Source of the DNA: Candidatus Thiothrix putei
GTDB lineage: Bacteria; Pseudomonadota; Gammaproteobacteria; Thiotrichales; Thiotrichaceae
DNA: 32,000 nucleotides
Reading direction: 5' to 3'
Assembly (NCBI GenBank): GCA_029972225.1
Contig: CP124756.1
Location: 3,974,279 to 4,006,278, forward strand
Numbering within the stretch: position 1 is the first letter of the stretch; the number at the start of each line of letters is the position of its first letter. Made by a program: the position numbers and the translations under genes. The notes under the pieces are model-generated. The model made no database searches, was not told the DNA's origin, and saw only the letters and a program-made list of their open reading frames with translations. Positions 15,640 through 25,810 of the stretch are shown one piece after another.

Positions 15640-16841
15640 GTTTTTTTGATCAGGGAAATATGGTTAGATGACTGGTAACAAAAGCAGCCATGAGTAATGT
15701 ATGACATTAAAAATCACTTTCACTGAGGATGAGATAGCGGAGCTGTTCTACTGGAAGGAGCGCCATCCTCATCCCAGAGTCCGTAAGAAAATGTCCGTGC
15801 TGTACCTGAAATCCCAACAGTTGACGCATAAGGAAATCAAACGATTGGAAAGGATTACAGAAGCCACGCTGCTTGCCTACCTAAACGCCTACCTACAACC
15901 TAACGGTTTAGAAGCTCTTAAAGAAATACGATTCAATAAACCACAGAGTGATTTGATGGCATATAAAGACAAGATTGAAGCCTATTTTCGTGAATATCCC
16001 CCCGCAACCAGCAAGGCGGCAGCCGCTAAGATTGAGGAGCTGACAGGCATCAAACGCAGTGAGGACAGGGTACGTGTCTTTATGAAGAAAATAGGGATGG
16101 ACATCCATAAAGTGGGGATGATACCCGCCAAAGCTGATGTGGAAGCACAAGAAAAGTTCCTGGAAAATGAACTAAAACCGCGCATTCAGGAGGCTAAGGA
16201 GGGCAAACGCGCCCTTTTTTTGTCGATGCCGCCCACTTCGTGTTAGCACCGTTTCTGGGGTTTTTGTGGTCATTTTCCCGCGTATTCATCAAAGCCCCCT
16301 GTGGTCGACAACGCTACAACGTATTGGGCGCACTCAATGCGATAACGCTACAACTCATCACGATCACTAACGACTCCTATATCAACGCTAACAGCGTGTG
16401 TGAATTATTGGAAAAAATTGCAGCGTTAGCACTCAAAATACCGATCACTTTGGTCTTGGATAATGCCAAGTATCAACGCTGTGAAGCCGTGTTTGCCTGT
16501 GCGAAAAGGCTCAATATTGAACTATTATTTTTACCGACCTATTCACCCAACCTCAATCTGATTGAACGGTTGTGGAAGTTCGTCAAGAAAAAATGCTTGT
16601 ACTCGAAATACTATGATAAGTTTCCCGCTTTCAAGGCGGCCATCACCAACTGTCTCGACAAGCTGGATACCGATCACAAGAAAGAACTGACCCAGTTGAT
16701 GACAACAAATTTTCAAACCTTTAAAAATGTTCAGGTCTTGACGCTGTAAGGTATATTCTCCAAAAATGAACTCCAAACAATCACAACACTCCGAAAGGAC
16801 TTCCGGCTATTTTCTTGGTTAGCCTCATGCAAAAACTGTCC
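15640..16841 (+). mobile_element. IS630-family insertion sequence (boundaries approximate)
   Basis: Flanked by TA (15638-15639) and TA (16842-16843). The terminal repeats are imperfect (GTTTTTTTGATCAGG versus the rc GGACAGTTTTTGCATGAGG). Confidence 0.5.
15701..16749 (+). CDS. IS630-family transposase; orfA 15701-16246 plus orfB in the -1 frame to 16749
   Basis: orfA is an HTH protein. The -1 frame continues ..ALFFVDAAHFVLAPFLG..LDNAKYQRC..LPTYSPNLNLIERLWKFVKK (DDE). The T7 run at 16215-16221 is at the frame junction. Confidence 0.75.
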
Positions 16842-16844
16842 TAA

Positions 16845-18170
16845 GGAACTGTCCCGAAATAACTTCCCGAAATCAGGGGGACTGAGGGACAGCGGAGTAG
16901 TTCCATTTTGGCAGGAAATCATCGAACTGGATGGTCATGTTATCCTTAAACGCTTGGGTATACTTGCGCCCGGTTTCAAAAACTTTACTGATGATGCGGA
17001 CAGCGACCTTCATGCCAGTGGTGGTTTCCGTTTTTGCCATGTAGTGTTTGGCGGTTTCGACCGTTTCCAACGGCACACCCCGGCAGGCACGGGTCACATG
17101 GGGGAACAGGCGGTGTTCAATCGGGTTGTATTTGGAGCAATAGGGCGGGTAGTGGGCGATGCGTATTGTCAGGTTCAGACTGTCCGCCAATGCCTGCAAG
17201 TCTTGCTTGAACAGGTACGCGGAGGAACTGTTGCTGCCACCACCGTCACATAAGACCAACAGCTCGTCAGCTTCGGGGTAGTTGGGTTTCCCTTGCTCAC
17301 GCCACCATAAGCCAAGGCTTTCGCAGGCAAACTCGGTGGTGTCGTGGCTGGTGTTCAGGTGCAGTGCCGCTTCGTTGCGGGCAAGGTCGTAGATGCCGTG
17401 GGGGATCACCTGACCATTGCCATAGCTGGCGAAGTCATGGTCATTGACCTCCGTGGGTTCGACGGCATCCGTTACCCCTTCACGGTAAAAGTTGCCCAGC
17501 AGTTCCTTCTTTTTGGTGTCAATGCTGATCACGGGTTTGCCTGCTTGCAGGTAGGTTTGTTTGAGCTGGGCAATCTTTTCAAACTGGGCATTACGGTCAG
17601 CGTGTTGCCCCATGGTGCGTTTCTTCTGGGGCTTGCGGCGGCGGTAGCCGTGCTCCCGTAATAGGCGCGACACCACGTTTTTCCCAGCCGATGTCCCCAA
17701 TGCCTGCACCCGCCGGGCAATCTGCCGACGTGACAGGTTCGTCCATTTCACCGCCTCCCGCATCGGGTCGCCTGCCGTATGATCCTTTAAAACTTGGCGA
17801 AAATGGTCATCCAATTGCAGGTGCGTAGCGTTCAGCCGTTTGCGCCCGCCCCTTTTTTTCGCTGCCTTACGCTGGGCAAGCCATCTTCCGATTCCAACTC
17901 CGTCAACCCGTGGCGGATGGTTTTGGGGTCACAGTCCAATAACCGGGAAATGTAGTCCTGCCCCCCGTGCCCAAGCCGGACGGCTTCCACGGCGGCGTAG
18001 CGGCGGCGGTCACGCTCATTGAGCGATTGGTAGAACCGCTGCATTTGTTTTTCTATGGCTGATGGGTAAACATCCATTGGCTCATCCTCGGTGTTGATTG
18101 GCATTACAAGGGGCTATCTTCCCCCTTTCGCTGTTAGCAGAAAAGAGGGAAGTTATTTCGGGACAGTTCC
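16845..18170 (-). mobile_element. ISAzo13-family insertion sequence, copy 2 (1326 bp)
   Basis: Same 24-bp IRs as copy 1 (16845-16868; 18147-18170). Flanked by TAA (16842-16844) and TAA (18171-18173). Direct orientation relative to copy 1. Only 7 amino-acid differences across both ORFs. Confidence 0.9.
16873..18104 (-). CDS. ISAzo13-family transposase; orfA 17832-18104 plus orfB 16873-17814 (-1 frame)
   Basis: Same organisation and same A7G run (rc of the T-run 17853-17859) as copy 1. Confidence 0.85.
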
Positions 18171-18545
18171 TAAAGGCAAAACGTCACGCACAAAAGCCGA
18201 TGTTACCTTCTATTGGGTCGATAAGAACGGACGTTATCTTGCCCCGAATGCTCAACTTATTCTGTATCCCGAATACCCGGAAGTACGCATGTCTGGGCTT
18301 CTAAAAGGTTGCCGTCATGCCCCCTCAAACGTGATCGCTTCCCGCGATGAAGGCAGGACATTGTTCCTTGGTATCACCCCAAACGGCGATGTATTGGGTT
18401 ACGCTGCTACCCCGGATGACCCGTTGAGCAAGGAGCTTTATGCGCTTACCAGCAATAACATCAACGTCAGCAGTGTTCTTATTGAGCTATTCCCGCCTGA
18501 TAAAAAGCAAAATACCCGCGTTCTGCTATTACTCAACAGTCGTGA
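18171..18545 (+). pseudogene. Putative type II restriction endonuclease, internal/C-terminal fragment
   Basis: (A)KGKTSRTKADVTFYWVDKNGRYLAPNAQLILYPEYPEVRMSGLLKGCRHAPSNVIASRDEGRTLFLGITPNGDVLGYAATPDD.. It starts at the ISAzo13 copy 2 end and runs into the IS701-like terminal repeat at 18546. Confidence 0.6.
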
Positions 18546-20129
18546 CATTCCCCCAAAACCAAGCATGATGTTAGGCAGCAGCCTTACTGAACTGCTGTTT
18601 TAACACCTTGATTATGGGTATTTTCCCGCTGTTAGCGGTTCATGTTTGCCTATCATCGTCCTCATCGCCGTTGACGGCCGCGTTAATTCGCCACCAGAAG
18701 GCTTTGGGGGGAGAGCGCAGTAATTGCCGTGCCAGTAGTGGTGCTAAAATCTGTCGCACGGTGTTCTCGGAAGGCAATTCACGGGAACGGGTGCGCAAAT
18801 ACAAGACCTGCTGCTTCCAAAGCCCCTCATGGTACTTGAGGGAAAACAGTTGTAGCAAACCGGTGGCGATGCAGGCACACAACACAAAGGTTTCCATTGC
18901 CTGCCAGCAGGCCACCACCGTGGGGAGGTGCTGTGCTTGGGGGGCTTTGAGATGCCGATTGGCGGTAGGTCGCCGGGAATGGCGCGGCAGGTAACGGCTC
19001 CAGAAGTGGAAGCGGAATGCGCCCATGGTATTTTTCAGGGCATCAAACAAGGTTTCAATCCGGGTGCGTCGGCAGTACAGGGTGAGGATGGTTTCCGCGT
19101 CCAGCACCAAATCCGAACACATCAGCAGGATGGGGCCACGGGAAGTGACTGCCCAGACAAATTGCAGCGGCTGCCCTAACGGTTTCCACCACAGGGTATG
19201 GGACATCAGGCGTACCGACTCCTCCTTGCCATAAATGCACAGGGTCACTTCACGGAAAAAATCAGCATGGTCAAAGGCTTCCCACAACACCAGCTTCATC
19301 CCGTACTGGCGTTGCCGCCCACGCCTTCCCGGCGGTTTGGGTGGCGCAGGGAAGTAGGCCACATAGTTCTTTTTAGCGCGGGTGATGACCTGCACCAGTG
19401 GTTGTTGTAACGCCACCGACCAAACCGAGCGTGCCAGCCGGAACACCGAAGCCGTGGCAAAGAACGCATCCAGCACCAGCCACACCGGGCGGTCATTCAC
19501 CTGCGCAAACGACAACGCCATCTGCACCACCCGTGTCCCCAGTTTGAGTGTCGGGTCGTTAGCATCCTCTTCCCCCAAATGCCGAAACCCCTGATGGATT
19601 TGCAAACTCAGCGGCAGGCAGAAACAGGCGGACAGGCTCCCCACCAACAACCCCACGGCTCCCCAACACTGCCCCCGGAAATAGTCCGGTTTGCTTTGGG
19701 TTTCCGAGGTTTCCCGCAAGGAAACGACCCCCGGCATCCGCCCACCATCCTTAACCACATGGGTATGGTCGCCCAGCACCACCAAACGCCCCGCCACCTC
19801 AACCAGCGGCGCATGGGACAACACCCACCGCTGCCAGCTCGCCCGTAACCGCTCAGGATGGTAAGACCCGGCACGAAAAAAATGGAGCAACCGATGGTAG
19901 CCCCGTTCATCCGATAACCAGTAACGGCACATCGACGTGACCCCGCTCATCTCGGTCGCCGCTAAAAAGCTCAGGATGATGGCGCAAAACAATAGCCATG
20001 CTCGCTGGCGCGAAAATTCACTTTTAAAGTGGTGAAGGCTCTGGTATAGATCAACTAGCATGATGTCCCTTGGATAATAGGTCGCTGGTAACGCCTACTC
20101 TAAGGGATTTCGTGCTGCTTGGGGGAATG
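18546..20129 (-). mobile_element. IS701/IS4-superfamily insertion sequence (family uncertain)
   Basis: 11-bp terminal inverted repeat CATTCCCCCAA (18546-18556) with its rc at 20119-20129. It brackets a 473-aa transposase. No target duplication. Confidence 0.55.
18640..20061 (-). CDS. DDE transposase, IS701/IS4-like
   Basis: 473 aa: ..VVLGDHTHVVKDG..WLVLDAFFATASVF..LYCRRTRIETLFDALKNTMGAF.. Confidence 0.7.
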   Translation of the reverse strand: MLVDLYQSLHHFKSEFSRQRAWLLFCAIILSFLAATEMSGVTSMCRYWLSDERGYHRLLHFFRAGSYHPERLRASWQRWVLSHAPLVEVAGRLVVLGDHTHVVKDGGRMPGVVSLRETSETQSKPDYFRGQCWGAVGLLVGSLSACFCLPLSLQIHQGFRHLGEEDANDPTLKLGTRVVQMALSFAQVNDRPVWLVLDAFFATASVFRLARSVWSVALQQPLVQVITRAKKNYVAYFPAPPKPPGRRGRQRQYGMKLVLWEAFDHADFFREVTLCIYGKEESVRLMSHTLWWKPLGQPLQFVWAVTSRGPILLMCSDLVLDAETILTLYCRRTRIETLFDALKNTMGAFRFHFWSRYLPRHSRRPTANRHLKAPQAQHLPTVVACWQAMETFVLCACIATGLLQLFSLKYHEGLWKQQVLYLRTRSRELPSENTVRQILAPLLARQLLRSPPKAFWWRINAAVNGDEDDDRQT

Positions 20130-20243
20130 GGGAGAACTTATGACTGTTGAGAAGCGTAAATGGTGTCCACCGAACCGGAATAGCCTTGCGCACTGCCTTC
20201 CGCCGCCACGCCCACCAGTTTGCCTTGGGCATCGTAGCCCGCG

Positions 20244-20402
20244 TCAGTATTCGCCCATCTGGGTGGAAGGGGTAATCGGGTACGCACCCGCTGCATCCGA
20301 TGCCTCGCGTTCACACATAATGACAGCGGCGTTGCCGTCCATTGCCATGCGCGTACCGGGGTACTTGACGGTAGGGGTAACAGGTTTCTTGATTCCGAAC
20401 AT
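20244..20402 (-). pseudogene. 2-oxoacid:ferredoxin oxidoreductase (PFOR/Kor alpha-like), N-terminal 52 codons only
   Basis: MFGIKKPVTPTVKYPGTRMAMDGNAAVIMCEREASDAAGAYPITPSTQMGEY then a stop. The MDGN..YPITPS pattern is typical of PFOR-type N-termini. AGAGG RBS upstream of ATG 20402. Confidence 0.5.
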
Positions 20403-20436
20403 GGTTTGACTGCCTCTACGAGTGAGATTCAAAGGA

Positions 20437-21330
20437 TTATGCGTGGCTAACTGGGAGTGCTTTTTTTCTAATGACGGGTTTGGCTTTCGACCCTTTTTCA
20501 GTCTCCCCTTTGCGGTTCAGCCACACGATTGCCCCGGTAGGGCAACGCTGGATGCTGACGCGAGAGGCTAAGGTGTTTTTGCTGTAATCAATGGTTGCCA
20601 GGTTGTCCCTGATCGTTATTAACCCTTCCGGGGAATCGTTCACGCAACGCCCACAGGCATTGCAAGCCACTTCGCATTCGGCTTCTGCCTCTGCGCCGTG
20701 GTGGAGATTTTTGCAAGCCACCCACAATTGGTGGCTGACCGGGTGCAGTTCAAACAGCTTTTTCGGGCAAACATCGACGCAATCGCCACAGGCGGTGCAT
20801 TTGTCGGCATCGACCACCGGAAGGCCATTTTTGTCCATCGAAATCGCGCCGAATTCGCACACGTCGGCGCAATCCGCCATGCCGAGGCAGCCCCACGTAC
20901 AGGTTTTGCCACCGCCGCCCACCATTGCCGCGCCCCGGCAGGAATGCAATCCGGCGTATTTGGCGCGGTTGTAGGCAACGTGATTGCCACCCGCGCAAGC
21001 CAGCCGCGCCACGCGCTTTTCCTGATTACCGAGATCCACGCCGAGGAATTCGGCAATGGCAACATTATTGGCAGGCGCATTAACGGTGCATTGCCCCGGC
21101 TGTGCTTCACCCGCAATCAGCTTTTCGGCGAAAATGCGGCAACCGGCTTCGCCACATGCACCACAATTGGCATGTGGCAGTGCGGAATCCACTTCGTCGA
21201 TGCGCGGATCTTCGTAGACGAACAGGAAACGGTTAGCGATAGCCAGAATAACGGCGAGAGAAATCCCCAAAGCCAGCATGTAACCTAGGGCAACTACGGT
21301 GTCGGCGGAGAGAATGCTGGCGTCAATCAC
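20437..21330 (-). CDS. RnfB-like membrane-anchored polyferredoxin
   Basis: N-terminal TM helix, then NCGACGEAGCRIFAEKLI (RnfB-type cluster) and several CxxCxxCxxxCP ferredoxin motifs (CTACGDCVDVCP, CNACGRC). Confidence 0.75.
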   Translation of the reverse strand: MIDASILSADTVVALGYMLALGISLAVILAIANRFLFVYEDPRIDEVDSALPHANCGACGEAGCRIFAEKLIAGEAQPGQCTVNAPANNVAIAEFLGVDLGNQEKRVARLACAGGNHVAYNRAKYAGLHSCRGAAMVGGGGKTCTWGCLGMADCADVCEFGAISMDKNGLPVVDADKCTACGDCVDVCPKKLFELHPVSHQLWVACKNLHHGAEAEAECEVACNACGRCVNDSPEGLITIRDNLATIDYSKNTLASRVSIQRCPTGAIVWLNRKGETEKGSKAKPVIRKKALPVSHA

Positions 21331-21548
21331 GATAAATGTCCTTTTTGGGGAAATGTGACATTTAAATTACCCAAAATTGTGCATCGCAACAATGACCTGT
21401 ATCAAGGTTTTACATTGCAGCGCACAAGACGGAAGAGACAGGATCGGCTAGCCAAAAGAGATAGACACACACTCAGACAGCCTCCTCTTGAATCTTCCCG
21501 CGTTATCCCCCATCCTTGTTCCACCATACAAAACAAGGGTTCACCGAT

Positions 21549-22601
21549 ATGACTGCCAAAACACCTGTTATCCCCATTATTAAAGCGCCGCGCACGGCGT
21601 ATATCGAATCCCTGAACCCGCATTACACCCCCGAACAAAAAGCACTGGTCAAAGACAAGATTAAACAAAAGCTCAAAGAACAAGATGCGGTGTTGGTCGC
21701 CCATTACTACGTTGAGCGTGATTTGCAGGAATTAGCCGAAGAAACCGGCGGCTATGTGTCTGATTCGCTGGATATGGCACGTTTTGGCAATGAACACTCA
21801 GCTACCACCTTGATCGTGGCTGGCGTGCGTTTCATGGGTGAAACCGCCAAAATCCTCAACCCCGAAAAGCGCGTGTTAATGCCGACTCTGGAAGCAGAAT
21901 GTTCGCTGGATTTGGAATGCCCCGCGTCTGAATTCATCCCGTTTTGTGACCAGCACCCTGAGCGCACGGTGGTGGTGTATTCCAATACCAGTGCGGAAGT
22001 GAAAGCACGCGCCGATTATGTGGTCACTTCCAGCATTGCGGTGGATTTAATTACCTGGCTGGATGAGCAGGGCAAGAAAATCCTGTGGGCGCCGGATAAA
22101 CATCTGGGGCGTTATATCCAGCGTTTGACCGGGGCGGATATGCTGTTGTGGCAAGCAGCCTGTGTGGTGCATGACGAATTCAAATTCCGCGCACTCGGTG
22201 AGATGCTTGAGCAATACCCCGATGCAGGCATTTTGGTACACCCAGAGTCGCCGGAAGAAATTATCAAATTGGCAGATGCCGTCGGCTCTACCTCGCAACT
22301 CATCAAAGCTGCGCAAACCCTGCCGCATCAGCGTTTCATTGTGGCAACTGACAGCGGTATTTTTTACAAGATGCAGCAAGCCGCGCCGGGTAAGGAATTC
22401 ATTGCTGCCCCCACCATGGGTGAAGGTGCGACTTGCCGCAGTTGCGCCCACTGCCCTTGGATGGCGATGAATGGCTTACACAACCTGTTGCAAGTGCTGG
22501 AAACCGGCAATAATGAAATTGTGGTCGATGAGGAGGTGCGGGTAAAAGCACTGCGCTCCACCCAGCGGATGTTGGATTTTGCGAAAATGCGGCGCGGGTA
22601 A
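21549..22601 (+). CDS. nadA: Quinolinate synthase NadA
   Basis: [79 protein letters not shown], nearly colinear with E. coli NadA. Start chosen at ATG 21549. Confidence 0.9.
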   Translation: MTAKTPVIPIIKAPRTAYIESLNPHYTPEQKALVKDKIKQKLKEQDAVLVAHYYVERDLQELAEETGGYVSDSLDMARFGNEHSATTLIVAGVRFMGETAKILNPEKRVLMPTLEAECSLDLECPASEFIPFCDQHPERTVVVYSNTSAEVKARADYVVTSSIAVDLITWLDEQGKKILWAPDKHLGRYIQRLTGADMLLWQAACVVHDEFKFRALGEMLEQYPDAGILVHPESPEEIIKLADAVGSTSQLIKAAQTLPHQRFIVATDSGIFYKMQQAAPGKEFIAAPTMGEGATCRSCAHCPWMAMNGLHNLLQVLETGNNEIVVDEEVRVKALRSTQRMLDFAKMRRG

Positions 22602-22610
22602 CACCTGTCT

Positions 22611-23684
22611 TTAGGTGCGGCTGGTCTGCATCAGCACCTGCCGTACATTTTCCATTTGGCTGACATCTTTCTCACGTTCACTGGGTGATAAATCCTCCCA
22701 CAAGACGATGGAAGGGTGTAACTTTTGCTGGTTATCACGCACCTTCCCATAACGCCAACCGTTCAATAGACGCTCGTAACGCCATGAACGGTGTTCCAGT
22801 CGACTCAGCAATTCCCGGCGTTCTGCTGGCGCATCCAAACGAAAATCAGCGGCTAATGCCAGGGGTTTGCCCGGTTCTGGCACATACCCAAGGCTGGCTA
22901 ATTTGACGGCAAAATGGTCACCAGCGCGGCGGTTGGCTTCGCGGTAGGTTTCCGCCAAATCTTCCCACGGCTTTAAGCTGTCTGAAGCGCTTGCCATCAC
23001 CGGGTCAACCTGTAGCATCGTTTGCCGGTAAGCCTCGTGTACGGCACGGGCATTGCGTTCCACTGCCTCGATTTGTGCCTGATCCGGTTGCTCAGGCATA
23101 CCAAAGGGGATCAAGCCTGCGGGCAGTGGTGCAGGATGGGCGTAGGGTTGGTAAACGTAATACGGCACGTCTTGCCGCAGCACTTCGCGTAAATGCAACG
23201 CACACGCCAGATTCCAGGCCGTATCCGCAGCACCGCACACCACCGCCGTTATCGGTAGCGGCGCAAGTTGCCGGGTATCCACATGGCAATCAACATCACA
23301 TGCCAGTGCGTACAGCCCCGCGATAACCTGCTCAGCACCTGCCCTGCCATTGGCAAACGCCGGGTAACGTGCCACCAACGCCTGACGGTGCGTTTCTGCA
23401 TCCTGATCAATCAATGTAAACACCGGTGGTGCAAAATCTTTGTAGGGCGAAATTTTAGCGTATTGGCACATTAACGCTTCTACCAGCGGGCTGAACCCCG
23501 CAAAGACCAGATGCACTTGCTGTTGCCCGTGCTGGTCTGCCCACACATGCGGTGGATATTGATTGAAATACCAGCGTGCCAGCCAGTTTTCTGGGGTATC
23601 GACTGCATCCACAGCAGGGGTAATGGCTGCTTTATTATCATTAACTATTAGCATTTGTGCATCCGTCGTAGCAGAGAAGAACAT
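22611..23684 (-). CDS. Hypothetical protein with C-terminal RyR-like domain
   Basis: C-terminus LEHRSWRYERLLNGWRYGKVRDNQQKLHPSIVLWEDLSPSEREKD resembles the bacterial RyR (PF02026-type) repeat. The N-terminal ~250 aa are unassigned. An alternative start is at M11. Confidence 0.6.
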   Translation of the reverse strand: MFFSATTDAQMLIVNDNKAAITPAVDAVDTPENWLARWYFNQYPPHVWADQHGQQQVHLVFAGFSPLVEALMCQYAKISPYKDFAPPVFTLIDQDAETHRQALVARYPAFANGRAGAEQVIAGLYALACDVDCHVDTRQLAPLPITAVVCGAADTAWNLACALHLREVLRQDVPYYVYQPYAHPAPLPAGLIPFGMPEQPDQAQIEAVERNARAVHEAYRQTMLQVDPVMASASDSLKPWEDLAETYREANRRAGDHFAVKLASLGYVPEPGKPLALAADFRLDAPAERRELLSRLEHRSWRYERLLNGWRYGKVRDNQQKLHPSIVLWEDLSPSEREKDVSQMENVRQVLMQTSRT

Positions 23685-23785
23685 GATCCTAGGGAGTGTA
23701 ACGCAAAAGCAGTGAGATAATATGACTCCCCCGCCTATCGGCGCTAGAATGCGGTTTTATACCAAGTTTCGTTCAGGAGTACACC

Positions 23786-25636
23786 ATGCCCGTTTACCGT
23801 TCCCGCACTTCCACTGGCGGTCGCAATATGGCTGGCGCACGCGCGTTGTGGCGTGCGACCGGCATGACCGATGCGGATTTCCAGAAACCGATCATCGCGA
23901 TTGCCAATTCCTTCACCCAGTTCGTGCCGGGGCATGTCCACCTCAAAGACATGGGGCAGTTGGTGGCGCGTGAAATCGAAGCCGCTGGCGGTGTCGCGAA
24001 AGAATTCAACACCATTGCGGTGGATGATGGCATTGCGATGGGGCATGGCGGGATGTTGTATTCGCTGCCTTCCCGCGAGCTGATCGCCGATGCGGTGGAA
24101 TACATGGTCAACGCGCATTGCGCCGACGCGCTGGTGTGCATTTCCAACTGCGATAAAATCACACCGGGGATGCTGAACGCGGCACTGCGCCTCAACATTC
24201 CCACCATTTTCGTTTCCGGCGGCCCGATGGAATCCGGCAAAGCCGTGATCGGCGGCAAGCTGGTGAAGCTGGACTTGGTGGATGCGATGGTGTCCGCCGC
24301 CAACAGTGCCGAAAGCGATGAAAATGTGGAAACGATGGAACGTTCCGCCTGCCCTACTTGCGGCTCGTGTTCCGGCATGTTTACGGCCAACTCCATGAAC
24401 TGTCTGACCGAAGCACTCGGCTTGAGCTTGCCGGGGAACGGTTCAACGCTGGCGACGCATTCCGACCGCAAACGTTTGTTCCTTGAAGCGGGGCGCATCA
24501 TTGTCGGTTTGGCGAAACGTTACTACGAACAGGACGATGCATCCGTGTTGCCGCGCTCGATTGCGACAATCGAAGCGTTTGAAAACGCGATGTGTCTGGA
24601 CATTGCCATGGGTGGCTCGACCAATACCATCCTGCACTTGCTGGCAGCCGCACAAGAAGGCGGGGTGAATTTCACCATGAATGACATCGACCGCTTGAGC
24701 CGTAAAGTGCCGCAATTGTGCAAAGTTGCGCCTTCCACCCAGCTTTACCACATGGAAGACGTGCATCGTGCGGGCGGCGTATTTGCGATTCTGGGCGAAC
24801 TCGACCGCGCCGGATTATTGAACCGCGAAGTCGGCACCGTTCACGCCACCAACATGGCAGAAGCCTTGTCCTTGTGGGATGTGCGCCTGACCGACGATGC
24901 TAAACGCCAGGAATTTTTCCGCGCAGGCCCCGGTGGAGTACCCACGCAAGTGGCGTTCAGCCAAAGCAAACGCTGGGATACGCTGGATATTGACCGCGAA
25001 AACGGTTGTATCCGCGACAAAGCCCACGCTTACAGCACCGAAGGCGGGTTGGCGGTATTATTCGGCAATATTGCGCTGGATGGTTGTGTGGTCAAAACCG
25101 CCGGAGTGGATGACAGCATCCTCAAATTCTCCGGCCCTGCGCGTATTTTTGAATCGCAGGATGCTGCCGTTGCAGGCATTTTGGGTGATCAAATCGTGGC
25201 GGGCGACATCGTACTGATCCGCTACGAAGGCCCACGCGGCGGCCCCGGAATGCAGGAAATGCTCTACCCCACGTCGTATATCAAGTCCAAAGGCTTGGGG
25301 AAGGCGTGTGCGCTGATTACTGACGGGCGTTTTTCCGGCGGTACATCGGGCTTGTCGATTGGGCATGTTTCTCCCGAAGCGGCGGAAGGTGGCGCGATTG
25401 GACTGGTGCAAGAAGGCGACATGATCGACATCGACATCCCGAACCGTACCATCAATGTCCGCATCAGTGATGAAGAGCTTGCCAGCCGTCGTAGCGCGAT
25501 GGATGCACTCGGCAAAGCGGGCTGGAAGCCGCTGAACCGTGAACGTTACGTGAGTGCGGCGTTGAAGGCTTATGCAGCGATGACCACATCAGCATCACGC
25601 GGTGCTGTGCGTGACGTTACCCAATTGGAAAAATAA
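23786..25636 (+). CDS. ilvD: Dihydroxy-acid dehydratase IlvD
   Basis: 616 aa. [83 protein letters not shown], colinear with E. coli IlvD. AGGAG RBS. Confidence 0.95.
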   Translation: MPVYRSRTSTGGRNMAGARALWRATGMTDADFQKPIIAIANSFTQFVPGHVHLKDMGQLVAREIEAAGGVAKEFNTIAVDDGIAMGHGGMLYSLPSRELIADAVEYMVNAHCADALVCISNCDKITPGMLNAALRLNIPTIFVSGGPMESGKAVIGGKLVKLDLVDAMVSAANSAESDENVETMERSACPTCGSCSGMFTANSMNCLTEALGLSLPGNGSTLATHSDRKRLFLEAGRIIVGLAKRYYEQDDASVLPRSIATIEAFENAMCLDIAMGGSTNTILHLLAAAQEGGVNFTMNDIDRLSRKVPQLCKVAPSTQLYHMEDVHRAGGVFAILGELDRAGLLNREVGTVHATNMAEALSLWDVRLTDDAKRQEFFRAGPGGVPTQVAFSQSKRWDTLDIDRENGCIRDKAHAYSTEGGLAVLFGNIALDGCVVKTAGVDDSILKFSGPARIFESQDAAVAGILGDQIVAGDIVLIRYEGPRGGPGMQEMLYPTSYIKSKGLGKACALITDGRFSGGTSGLSIGHVSPEAAEGGAIGLVQEGDMIDIDIPNRTINVRISDEELASRRSAMDALGKAGWKPLNRERYVSAALKAYAAMTTSASRGAVRDVTQLEK

Positions 25637-25642
25637 GGTATC

Positions 25643-25677
25643 AGGGCTGCATTCTGTATTCATCAGAATGCAGCCCT
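25643..25677 (+). terminator. Rho-independent terminator after ilvD
   Basis: 14-bp perfect stem AGGGCTGCATTCTG / CAGAATGCAGCCCT with a 7-nt loop, 7 nt after the stop, followed by TACTTATTTAT. Confidence 0.65.
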
Positions 25678-25810
25678 TACTTATTTATACCGCTTTTCCA
25701 TGAAAATCATCAAGAAATTTCCCGCCTAAATTTTCGTGTATCTTTCGTAAAAACTTCAGGACAAATTCTCAGCTTTATCAGATGCTACTCAATAGACATT
25801 ATCTATAAAA

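Noticed and set aside
2105-18173. Homologous recombination between the two ISAzo13 copies as the cause of the split endonuclease gene.
   Set aside because: Recombination inside the IS never exchanges which IS end a flank is attached to. Both gene halves abut the transposase-proximal end, and the TAA duplication is inverted, so a transposition-mediated event is required.
20130-20243. The minus-strand frame reading DAGYDAQGKLVGVAAEGSAQGYSGSVDTIYASQQS-stop, between the IS701-like end and the PFOR-like stub. It was considered as a frameshifted continuation of the PFOR-like gene.
   Set aside because: It does not resemble the region that follows YPITPS..MGE in PFOR/Kor proteins (no EMQSE/GAAG-type motifs). 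It was left as unassigned DNA.
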